Shown here: piece after piece, positions 43,008 through 52,149 of the stretch | Layout: each line of letters opens with the position of its first letter | Position numbering within the stretch: the stretch's first letter is position 1 | Sequence record: KU726251.1 | Length of the DNA: 64,000 nucleotides | Direction: 5' to 3' (one strand) | The notes under the pieces: generated by a model | What the model saw: the letters and a program-made list of their open reading frames with translations, nothing else | Told to the model about the DNA's origin: nothing | Databases searched by the model: none | Program-made: the position numbers and the translations under genes

Positions 43008-43541
43008 ATGGCAGACCGCTATCAGCCCGACCTAACACTCTCGTCGAAAGCGCTTGTCGTGGCGTTGATTAATCACGATAACGGCTTGTCATTATCGCCT
43101 GACGAGATTGTGATAAGCGGAGTAGGGCCAATCGACTTAGGTGTTGAAAGTGCCCGTACCTCGCAAGCGTACATTGCGAAAGCACGTAAACCTAACGGCA
43201 AGAAGGTTACCGTCTATTACGACCGTCTAGTCGCTAATAAGATTATCGACCCGCAAGGACCGATACTGGTTACTGTAGCTCCCGGCGACACCTATGCTGA
43301 TTTAGCGACAGTTGTAAACCAGTTATGCGGTTTAAACTTGTCACGTGAAGACATCTCGACAGGGGTTATTACACCAACAAACGAGCCGTTGATTGCAGCG
43401 ATGAGTGACGATTCACCGGCTTGGACGGCTACCTTTACATTCACGGCGTTTAATGAAAAAGAAGCTGTGGCAAGTCTGGATGAAGAAACTGTTTTATGCA
43501 TCGGTGATGATGCAGTGTTAACCTACGGAGACGATGCATAA
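43008..43541 (+). CDS. Tail/baseplate paralogue family A adaptor (177 aa)
   Basis: SSKALVVALINHDN...VTVYYDRL...CGLNLSREDI. Confidence 0.7.
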   Translation: MADRYQPDLTLSSKALVVALINHDNGLSLSPDEIVISGVGPIDLGVESARTSQAYIAKARKPNGKKVTVYYDRLVANKIIDPQGPILVTVAPGDTYADLATVVNQLCGLNLSREDISTGVITPTNEPLIAAMSDDSPAWTATFTFTAFNEKEAVASLDEETVLCIGDDAVLTYGDDA

Positions 43542-44011
43542 TGGCAACTGTAGTCAAAAAGAAACGTTTGCATGAACTCGATTCTTACGACGGTGATAAG
43601 TCGAGCGCAGTAGCGCTTATTAGCGTTGATGAAAAGGAGTACAAACTTCCTCTCAGTGAAATCGGCGGCGGGGCAGATGCAAACCCTATCCAAAACTTAT
43701 CCGGTGCTGACGGTATCGTTGAAATAGATCCCAATATTGCGGACGACTTCATTATCCGTTTAGGTGACCCCACCACTGCGCTTTCTATCACACCTATTAC
43801 CGACCCGGTTCCGGGTACGCGATATGAATTATTACTGACGCTACGTCAGGGTACCGGTGCAAACAAAATCACCTGGCCGGCTTCGGTTAAATGGCCTAAC
43901 GGTGCAGAACCTCCGTTATCGTACACGCTAGACGCCGAGGATGTGTTGTCGTTGTCATCTACGGATGGCGGTACAACCTGGAAAGGGGCCATTTGCGGAA
44001 CAGGATACTAA
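43541..44011 (+). CDS. Small tail-fibre-associated protein (156 aa)
   Basis: LTLRQGTGANKITWPASVKWPNG...STDGGTTW, a common phage tail C-terminal domain. Confidence 0.7.
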   Translation: MATVVKKKRLHELDSYDGDKSSAVALISVDEKEYKLPLSEIGGGADANPIQNLSGADGIVEIDPNIADDFIIRLGDPTTALSITPITDPVPGTRYELLLTLRQGTGANKITWPASVKWPNGAEPPLSYTLDAEDVLSLSSTDGGTTWKGAICGTGY

Positions 44012-44014
44012 GCC

Positions 44015-47000
44015 ATGCGCAAATTTAAAATCTCTGCTAAACGACATGCGTTGAACTATGCGATGTCGCTGGCTTACGGACATCAGGACTTTGTTCGCCG
44101 CAATACCGGTCTCACAAACGACGCCACAAAGACCATTATCTGATTAACCCAGAAGGGGTGCTATCTAATAACCGGCATTTCATTGCTGACTCCATGGCTG
44201 TGTATCAACCTAACGGTGACGCCACCACAGAAGGCCAATCGTTGCTGATTATTGGCTACTGTCACATGTACATTGCTACCAAAAACCAGATGTGGTTAGA
44301 TGCGGCGATTCGTGCATGGGAAGCGTACGCTACCTACTATTACGCAGGTCAGGCCATTCCTGAGTCACCGCAACGTTGGATTTGTAACTGGCTAGTTAAC
44401 GGTAAAGAACCGGTGCTGTCAGACTATCCGGTGCATCCGACCGAGCCAACCCACGGTGGTTACAAGTGTGTACCGGTAACGTTTACGAACGGGCGTTGTC
44501 AGATACCCCAAGGCGCACCGTTCTTTGGTGAATATCTGAACAATTTCTTTTCTGCGCATCGTGGCCATCCTACCTGGGGCGCGGTTAATGCTGACGTACA
44601 GAAAATTAAGGAATCGGAAGACGGGTTAATTGACTGGTCTAAAGTCCCTGATTACTTAATCACCAATCCAGAGAAACCTTACGATGTAAAAGCGTGGGTG
44701 GACTGGAACAGGATGTTAAACGACCCAACCGGATATACCCCAATATGGGGTGGTTCTACCTCGAAAGGTCCGCGGTACGAACCTGACTGGTTTGTTGTGT
44801 GGACGGGTGAGAAGGTTCAAGACGGCGAAGTCATCGAATCCGGTTTACCTGATGCCCAGAAAGGAACCGTACAATTAAAGGACACCAGTATTAACGGTGT
44901 ATATTTGATTAACTACGCATCCCAGGTACCTGTAGAGCACGGCGGATATTTGTTTGACCGCAATGAGCCGTGGCACAACCGTCCGGTTCATACCCCGTTA
45001 AAAGGGTCTGTTAACCAGATGGGTAACGCGGCAGATGCGGAAGTGTGGTTTATTGATGCCTGTTATCTGCTCTGGCGTATCACAGGTGAACCGCGCTATA
45101 AAGCCGCACTAGACTCTGTGTTCTATACAGCGCATGAATACACGTATATCGATGCGAAGGACAAGTTTTTCCGACGTTCTAAGCTAGCCGAAACACCATT
45201 TACAGATGGTATCTCGTACGACTATAAATACCCCAGCACTGTTGAGGTCGCTTACAGTCGTGATGAAAATGGTGATATTGTGTTCCGTTCTGAGAAAGCT
45301 GTGCAGAACTTTATGGAACAGCAAGCCGTGCGTTTCAGGATAAACAGTCAATCGAAGTTACGTGTGACGTATGGCGGTGTTTGCGACAACGGTGATGCGC
45401 TTGCGTGTAAAGTGATGGTGGATATCAACCCCGTTAAAGCGGATACTGAAGAAGTAAACTGGTACGGCTGTACGCTTCCAGGATCAACATCGATGGAAGT
45501 AAAACAGCATGACATCGGTTTAGGGCATCTGGCCAGAATGACTAATCCGGCCAACGGTGAAGATTACATCATTGCCGATGCGCGAGCATGTTCAGATTAC
45601 GGTGGGTGTACGTGGCAGGAGAAGTTTGAGAGCAACATCTACGATGGTCGTTCAGGCACAATCGTAGAAGCGTTATTCCCGAACGACGATGCGGGCTTCA
45701 TTATCGGTTTCTGGTTAACCGATGCTGGAGTTGCGCCCCCACAGTCAATTGTCTATCGTGCTGATGCCGATTTCAACTTCCGTTTCGAAGATACCAACAA
45801 GTGGCGTTGGTGGTGGATGTTGCCCGCGACTAACGGGGAATGGAAACAGGTTATTATTCGCCCTGAAGACGCAACACTCTCGGGCTATCAACCTGACCAC
45901 GATACCGATGCCGAAACAAAACCGTCTGCGCCAAACTACACAACTATCGATCAGGTAACCATACTGCCCGATTCGGCTGTGGAGAATGCGCACTTTAGCT
46001 GGTATTGCGTAAACGATGTTCCGCCACTGTTTAATGCAGATGATGGCTGGACATTAACGTTTCGCATCGCAATTCGGGGAGGTTCTGCATTTACGGGTAA
46101 AGTGGGCGATTGTACGATAAAAGATTACCGTCTTGACTCGCTCGCGTATTGTCCAGGAACGATACCGTTCTCGAACATTTATTCGGAAGGAACGTATCAG
46201 CTAGGTGCATGGCACGGGATGCCGTATCCTGGCTATCAGTATCCGTTTATGTACACCATACACACCGATGATCGCTACAAAGTCTGGCTCTTAAATCAGA
46301 TTCGGTTTATGCACGATTCACAAACCAACTACCAGGCGCAGTTAGGTGAGTTGGGTCCAGGTTGTGCGGCGTATATTTGGAACCGTTGGGATAACTACAC
46401 TTACGGACCGGCAGATACGTGGACAACGTTCCATTGGGGAGATGGACATCCGTGGGCAGGTTATCAGCCACGCGCGTATAACGCCGCTGCGCGTTGTTGG
46501 TACGAATTAGTTGTGCGTGGTAAAGAGGTTCCACCAGAGCTAGTAGAGTACGTTGAAAATTGGGCTAAGTGGCTCGTAGGGTTCTTAGACCGCTTTGACA
46601 ACCACACTCCGAATGAATTCCCTACGGCACCAAATAAACCGGTATGGGTAGAGAATGATTTCACAGCACATATGTGTGCGCTCTGGATAGCAGGCAGCGC
46701 TTATGCGGCAATGGCTGGCTGTACAGTGGAAGGGTTGAGCCGTATTATGGATATGGGGATGAAGGAGATGGGTGACAACTTCACCGTCACCGACATTCCA
46801 GGAAAAGCCATTAACGGTGCCTGGTCTCCGTGGGCAAACCCTACTACGGATAACGGTCAGGCTTTTGGGTTTTATACTGGAGAAGCGATGCGTGCAATCG
46901 GGTTGTATCTCCTCTATAAAGAACACGGCCCAGGACATGATATTTATCGTGACTTGGCAATCCCCGACCACACAACAGCTTCACTCGATATAACGTTTAC

Positions 47001-47031
47001 TATCCCAGACGATCCGCTCGAAACTAATTAA
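44015..47031 (+). CDS. GH8-like glycoside hydrolase / tail-associated enzyme (about 1005 aa), one apparent missing A at about 44129
   Basis: TTEGQSLL and NAADAEVWFIDACYLLWRITGEPRY match BcsZ-type SEGQ and SASDGDVW...WKEQRY motifs; jelly-roll-like insert; the N-terminal 38 codons rejoin after adding one A. Confidence 0.6.
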
Positions 47032-47036
47032 GTGTA

Positions 47037-47079
47037 TACCAGCTATCCTTCGGGGTGGCTGGTACGCTTTATTTTATTT
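47037..47079 (+). terminator. Intrinsic terminator
   Basis: TACCAGCTATCC-ttcg-GGGTGGCTGGTA plus T-rich tail. Confidence 0.8.
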
Positions 47080-47101
47080 CAGATAGATGTTATCTCAGTG
47101 A
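47077..47101 (+). promoter_or_regulatory. Early-type promoter E7
   Basis: TTTCAGATAGATGTTAT-ctca-GTGA. Confidence 0.7.
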
Positions 47102-47158
47102 ACCTCTGAAATTTACGTTTCAATCAGAGCTTATGTCATGTATTAAGGAGCAATTAAA

Positions 47159-47491
47159 ATGTCCAAAGTCTATCACATTGCGGTATTGCGTCAGGCAACT
47201 GACCTTGAAGGCGACGGTGAACTTCGAATGCAGGAAGCCATTCTGAGCACCGTTAAAGAACTTAACCAAGCAAACAATTTCGATGCACGCTTCGAGGCGC
47301 TGCCTGTAAGCCGTAACGCTTTCTACGGCAGTCAAATCCTGGCAACCCAGTTTGCGATGGCTTTAAGTGACTTGCGCAATAATCCTAGTCCTGAAACCGC
47401 GACGAAGATGAACAAACTGTCGTTATGGATGAATAACCTGGATGCCCCCGCAACATCCATTGTAAATGGTTTGGGGGTGGTTAATGGGTAG
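47159..47491 (+). CDS. Hypothetical early protein (110 aa)
   Basis: RBS TAAGGAG. Confidence 0.75.
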   Translation: MSKVYHIAVLRQATDLEGDGELRMQEAILSTVKELNQANNFDARFEALPVSRNAFYGSQILATQFAMALSDLRNNPSPETATKMNKLSLWMNNLDAPATSIVNGLGVVNG

Positions 47492-47819
47492 AGTAATCCG
47501 TGTTGCCAGACCAATGCGTCTCAATAGGACGCCGATGATAAATCGCGATATCAGTGAAGCTGTAAAACTGTTGTCGAATATCGACGGTTACACCTTTAAA
47601 GTGATAACACTGTACGACTACCCAGAAGGCAAAGTTCCGCAAGAGGCGCTGGATAAATTCGTTAATGTATTAGACGATTGCCTTAAGAGCCCAACGGACG
47701 TAAATCTTATCAAACTAAACACCATGTCCCATGAGCTGTACCGCCTGCGTAAAATGGGCATTCACGCTCGCATCGGTAAAGGTGACCAAACGTTGGCCGA
47801 ATACTGGGCTAAACAATAA
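47484..47819 (+). CDS. Hypothetical protein (111 aa)
   Basis: Overlap-coupled to the previous gene. Confidence 0.7.
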   Translation: MGRVIRVARPMRLNRTPMINRDISEAVKLLSNIDGYTFKVITLYDYPEGKVPQEALDKFVNVLDDCLKSPTDVNLIKLNTMSHELYRLRKMGIHARIGKGDQTLAEYWAKQ

Positions 47820-47846
47820 GCTATTTTAAATCCTAAGGAGCATTAA

Positions 47847-48365
47847 GTGAATATTACCATGAACCTGTACACCAAACGGGAACGTAACGTTTTAGAATCT
47901 GGCGTTGCCCCAGAAGTATTGGCTGCGGGGGATATTAGTATCGACCCACTGAAAGTGAAAGTCGCGGAACTGTTCCCTCGTGATGAATGGGACATCTGGT
48001 ATTTCCGTTGTTCGTCGGTATTGAATGCAATCAAACAACTGTCTGATTATCAGCCTGGCCCGTACATCGGTACCTGGCACTGGTACGTCCCTCGCACCCC
48101 GAACTTCCTCTACTTACACGATGACGATAAACGTACTCATATTCGCACTGTAGCGACGCCTGAGCGTTTGGAGCGTTATCTGGGGTTAATCCACGACCGT
48201 CCTCGTAACGAGCTGCAAAGCATCGTAGAAGTGCTCAGACAGGTACCTTTAGATGGTATCCTGGAACTGGACATGAAAATTGCTGATCGGCCTCGCCACT
48301 ACTGGGAATTTTCCTGGGTAGATGCGAAATACGAAAACCATAACGTTATCTATCTGAAGCGTTAA
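47847..48365 (+). CDS. Trp-rich hypothetical protein (172 aa)
   Basis: RBS TAAGGAG. Confidence 0.75.
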   Translation: MNITMNLYTKRERNVLESGVAPEVLAAGDISIDPLKVKVAELFPRDEWDIWYFRCSSVLNAIKQLSDYQPGPYIGTWHWYVPRTPNFLYLHDDDKRTHIRTVATPERLERYLGLIHDRPRNELQSIVEVLRQVPLDGILELDMKIADRPRHYWEFSWVDAKYENHNVIYLKR

Positions 48366-48375
48366 GGGGGACAGG

Positions 48376-48696
48376 ATGTTGAACTGGTTACTTGCGCTGA
48401 TTAACAAGCGACAAAAACAACTGTACGAAGAAAACCGAGAATTGGCTGCCGCTAACCGTCGTGTACAGGCCGATAACTTGCAGTTAAGACACGACCTCGC
48501 GAAACTGGGTGTTAACGCGAGTAGGCTTTGTACGCACATTAGCCGGTGCCACGATATCATCGAACGTATTGGACACTACCATCTTACGTCTCCTGCGCGT
48601 CGCGTCTATGACGCGGCCGTCCAGGGATTGAAAGATACCAGGAATGTGTACGACGAGATGTTAGAAGAGTTTAGCAAACGTGAGGATAAATACTAA
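48376..48696 (+). CDS. Coiled-coil hypothetical protein (106 aa)
   Basis: RBS AAGGGG. Confidence 0.7.
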   Translation: MLNWLLALINKRQKQLYEENRELAAANRRVQADNLQLRHDLAKLGVNASRLCTHISRCHDIIERIGHYHLTSPARRVYDAAVQGLKDTRNVYDEMLEEFSKREDKY

Positions 48697-49078
48697 TGGA
48701 AATGCCAACGAACACCGACTTAGCACTGGCAATCGAACACATGAAAAACCATCAGCTGACGTTACTGAATGCAAGCACAGAAGGGCAACGTCAAGGGTAT
48801 GCGCTCGTTGCAAAAGCAGCGTTAGAACTTAACAAGATTCTACTCGCTAAACTTTACGGGCTGGAAAACAGCGTGCTCCATGCGTCGCACCTGGCGAAGC
48901 CAGCGAGTTAGTTACGAATGTGCGGCTGTATGCAAGTCGTGAAATGGAACGTTTAACCAACGAATGGAATGTCCAGTGTAACGGCGAGCGTGCTGATAAA
49001 GATCCGCGTAAAGTCGCACTGACGCCGGGCGTGTACATCAAAGACGGCACCATTGACGAATACAGCGGATTTAACTGA
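48696..49078 (+). CDS. Hypothetical protein, either 71 aa or about 127 aa if a -1 shift near 48860-48905 is repaired
   Basis: The -1 frame is open 48851-49078 with protein-like sequence and no RBS of its own. Confidence 0.5.
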
Positions 49079-49101
49079 TCGGCGGATAAGGGTGATTGTG
49101 A

Positions 49102-49527
49102 ATGGTAACCATAGACGTAGCTATCTCTATCGAGCTTCAACGCATCGGTGTAGGTACACTAAAACTTCGTTATCGTGATTTACCGCATTACAACAAGATG
49201 TTTGATGTTGGGGTGATAAAGTTTTATAACCGGTACGGGCCAAGAGAACTATGTCTATGGTTTGTCGAGTTAGCGATAACTTATGGCGAGTTTTATCATC
49301 CTAATGTACCGCATGTCGAACATGTGTCAAGAGGGCACCTGGAAACTTCCAGAGAGTTCTATCAGCGATTGTATGGCGCGATGGAGGAGTCCGCACCCAT
49401 CGACTACGACGTACCACCTGAACTGTTATTAATCGACCATGAAGGAGAAGCCGGTGTCTATTTCATTACAGGGACTGACTATTCACGAGATTCAGAAATA
49501 TTTACTCGAGGGCGGGAAACTGACTGA
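49102..49527 (+). CDS. Hypothetical protein (141 aa)
   Basis: In-operon ORF. Confidence 0.6.
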   Translation: MVTIDVAISIELQRIGVGTLKLRYRDLPHYNKMFDVGVIKFYNRYGPRELCLWFVELAITYGEFYHPNVPHVEHVSRGHLETSREFYQRLYGAMEESAPIDYDVPPELLLIDHEGEAGVYFITGTDYSRDSEIFTRGRETD

Positions 49528-49759
49528 CGACTATCAAACCGCAGATATGTTGCTACAGTCATTTGTACCGTTACGTGCTGAGTATTACGAAATCGCGTTC
49601 CTGGGCGATGAATATTGTGTCCGCACGCAAGGGCGCGAATACGAAGCAGTTCGCGTACCGCGCACACTCGGCGGGGTGATGATACTTATCGCTAATATCG
49701 AAGCACTCAATGCGAAATGTGCGTTATACATCGCACAGGGAGGTCGCAATGGATTTTAA
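49439..49759 (+). CDS. Hypothetical protein (106 aa)
   Basis: Protein-like; overlaps the previous ORF by 89 bp, so the start is uncertain. Confidence 0.6.
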   Translation: MKEKPVSISLQGLTIHEIQKYLLEGGKLTDDYQTADMLLQSFVPLRAEYYEIAFLGDEYCVRTQGREYEAVRVPRTLGGVMILIANIEALNAKCALYIAQGGRNGF

Positions 49760-49824
49760 GTGGGAACCATTATCGTTAGCAGAAGTTCGTAACAGAATCG
49801 ATAGAGCTATTGCAAGGAGAAAAC

Positions 49825-50226
49825 ATGTTCGGCCTGTTTCAGGAGAAAAAACAATTGCGTCGCCAATTAGAAATACTGGAATTGGAACTCAGCCTCTCAA
49901 AGACTGAGTTGGAAATTTCGAAAGAAGCGTGGAAGAGAAATCTCGATGAATCTTTCGAAGAACGCCGTAAGCTTACACGATTACTTTCTGAGGAACAGTC
50001 TAAGAACCGGAAACTCGAAGACGAGCTACGAGATGCCCGACGAGATGCGGATCTGCGTGATAAGATGTTGGGATGGAACCTGGGTGCCCTAATCTATTTC
50101 ATAGAGCAGCGTTGGGAACCAAAGACACTCCTTGAGTTACTCTATGAAAAACTCTCCTGCGTAGGTAAACGTTCTGCGGCCATCGAGTATTTTCGTAGTC
50201 ACGGTTTCGAGGTAAAAGATGAGTAA
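49825..50226 (+). CDS. Coiled-coil hypothetical protein (133 aa)
   Basis: Strong RBS AAGGAG before ATG 49825. Confidence 0.7.
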   Translation: MFGLFQEKKQLRRQLEILELELSLSKTELEISKEAWKRNLDESFEERRKLTRLLSEEQSKNRKLEDELRDARRDADLRDKMLGWNLGALIYFIEQRWEPKTLLELLYEKLSCVGKRSAAIEYFRSHGFEVKDE

Positions 50227-50269
50227 AAATAACAGTTTGTTTTCCCTTTAACCATGGAAACCACAAGCA

Positions 50270-50602
50270 ATGAAAACGAAACGAACGTCAGTCGTGTTCC
50301 AGCAGGGACGTGCGCGACTCTATAAAGGTAAGAAACTCATTGGTACATTCGAGTATCAAGAGAACCAGCTAATCGTCGATGTTATCATTCTCGGTTTAGC
50401 AGCGAAGTGGTCACCTTTAAAAAGGACATTAGCCAAACGTGCGATGGAGAAGCTCCGCCGCGACCAGATAAAAGCATTTAACAAACCTTTTCCACTTGAG
50501 GCGTACCGAGTACAGCCTCGTTGCGCACACATCACGACGTCACCCATGATTGCTAAGCTCGATGTGACCGATCTGAGAGAAATGTTAACTGTACGGCCGT
50601 AG
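50270..50602 (+). CDS. Basic hypothetical protein (110 aa)
   Basis: In-operon ORF. Confidence 0.65.
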   Translation: MKTKRTSVVFQQGRARLYKGKKLIGTFEYQENQLIVDVIILGLAAKWSPLKRTLAKRAMEKLRRDQIKAFNKPFPLEAYRVQPRCAHITTSPMIAKLDVTDLREMLTVRP

Positions 50603-50629
50603 TGTCATAGCCCCTTAAGGAGTATTTAA

Positions 50630-51070
50630 ATGTTAAAGCCACGCAAACAGAAAAGATTACAGTTTGTCAAAATAGTACATCCGGAGTCCCGTCGTGTTAC
50701 AGGTGGACGTCTCTACGTGGGTAAACACCGTAGTCGTCTTATCAGCTGGTCGGCAATGGCCAACGTAGCCACCCAACTCCAGGCAATGGTTGAAGACCGT
50801 TGTCAGTTAAAAGGGGACTTCTTTCAAGAGAAGAAACCCTACCGTGATATCTTCCGTACACTGAAAGCGTGCTGGGTACTCAGTTGGGTGCCTGGCCGCG
50901 AACAACTTTATTTTCTGCGTAAGTTCCCACGCCCTATGCCGAAAGAAAACATTAGCGTTTTCTTAGACAAACTAAAACGTTTTAATGGCATCGGCATTAA
51001 CGCTAATAAAGAGCAAGTTTCTGCTACAGTAGCAGCCCGGAAACTCTTACGCGATTACGTGGCCGATTGA
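50630..51070 (+). CDS. Basic hypothetical protein (146 aa)
   Basis: RBS TAAGGAG. Confidence 0.7.
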   Translation: MLKPRKQKRLQFVKIVHPESRRVTGGRLYVGKHRSRLISWSAMANVATQLQAMVEDRCQLKGDFFQEKKPYRDIFRTLKACWVLSWVPGREQLYFLRKFPRPMPKENISVFLDKLKRFNGIGINANKEQVSATVAARKLLRDYVAD

Positions 51071-51110
51071 CTTGAGAGGCACTTATCCCAAAAGCGGTCA
51101 ATAAAGCAGC

Positions 51111-51148
51111 ACCCTACTCCTTCGGGAGTAGGGTTTCTTCTTTTTTTG
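51111..51148 (+). terminator. Intrinsic terminator
   Basis: ACCCTACTCC-ttcg-GGAGTAGGGT plus T tract. Confidence 0.85.
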
Positions 51149-51168
51149 TCTAGTCCGATTACAATTAT

Positions 51169-51242
51169 TTTCAGATATATATTACTTAGGTGAGAGTTAA
51201 CCATTAACTCTTATCTAATCGACCATTATCTTAAGGAGTTTT
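51169..51242 (+). promoter_or_regulatory. Early promoter E8 with leader hairpin and conserved leader
   Basis: TTTCAGATATATATTAC; stem AGAGTTAA/TTAACTCT; AATCGACCATTATCTTAAGGAGT. Confidence 0.8.
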
Positions 51243-51245
51243 AAC

Positions 51246-51692
51246 ATGTACATTCTGAATAACGAACTTACTAAGTACGCTAGCAAAAACCCGATTATGA
51301 TTTCTTTCCTAATCGTGATGGCGGCCAACAAACAAGACCCTAGCGAATTCACTACTGAGGACTTCGAAGAGATTATCGCCAACGCCAAAGAAGCCACGTT
51401 CCAGACCACAGAACCTACTCGCGACGAGTTCCCTCTAGGTGAAGCCGGCGATGTAATGTTTAACGACATGATTGCTTCGTACTACATCAATAAACGTGGT
51501 ATGGAAATCGAATACGACGAACTTCCTACTAGCAGCTTTGCTGAAATGATTCGTGATTATCGTCGTCAAGTTGTCTCTGACGATGTCGTAAAGAAATACA
51601 TGGCACAAATCAGCCCATTCAGTCTTGAATTCGAAAACCGCGCGGTTGCCTTAGCAACACATCGCCTGCGTTTAGAAAAAGAAGTACACTAA
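51246..51692 (+). CDS. Acidic early hypothetical protein (148 aa)
   Basis: First gene after E8; host-like codons. Confidence 0.8.
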   Translation: MYILNNELTKYASKNPIMISFLIVMAANKQDPSEFTTEDFEEIIANAKEATFQTTEPTRDEFPLGEAGDVMFNDMIASYYINKRGMEIEYDELPTSSFAEMIRDYRRQVVSDDVVKKYMAQISPFSLEFENRAVALATHRLRLEKEVH

Positions 51693-51753
51693 TAATAACC
51701 CGGCGGGCAAAGTCCCGCCAATTCACCTACAATCTACAAAAAAGGAATATCCC

Positions 51754-51972
51754 ATGCGCAACCTGTTCTCCAAATCTGAAATCAAACCTGTTGTTGAAAC
51801 CGCAGCCAAACGTAAGCCAGACATGATTGACCTGCTGCTGAAAATGTCTGCAGCAGAAGCCAAAGCTTTCATGAAGACAATGAAAGACGGCGAGAAAACG
51901 ATTGATAATGTTGAAGTAACCTACGGTGTTAAAGACCGCCCAAAGAATAACGACCTTGTGTGGGTCTGTTAA
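51754..51972 (+). CDS. Hypothetical protein (72 aa)
   Basis: RBS AAGGA; host-like codons; preceded by hairpin GGCGGG/CCCGCC. Confidence 0.75.
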   Translation: MRNLFSKSEIKPVVETAAKRKPDMIDLLLKMSAAEAKAFMKTMKDGEKTIDNVEVTYGVKDRPKNNDLVWVC

Positions 51973-52000
51973 TCGGCGATTGAGGATAAAGTCGTGAAGA

Positions 52001-52030
52001 AAAGGGAGCTTCGGCTCCCCTTCTTTTTTT
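52001..52030 (+). terminator. Intrinsic terminator
   Basis: GGGAGC-ttcg-GCTCCC plus T tract. Confidence 0.85.
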
Positions 52031-52149
52031 GTTTCCTTTTCTTTTTGTTTGCTCTTGTTCGGATTCTGGTACGCTCTACGCTTTTAATATGCTGGCAGGA
52101 GGTCTAAAAATCTTACGACCTCAATAATCCCTTAACTCGAGTTAACGCG

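Noticed and set aside
49749-49907. 52 aa ORF MDFKWEPLSL...
   Set aside because: Plausible start, but it overlaps the strongly RBS-led 49825 gene by 83 bp; left uncalled.
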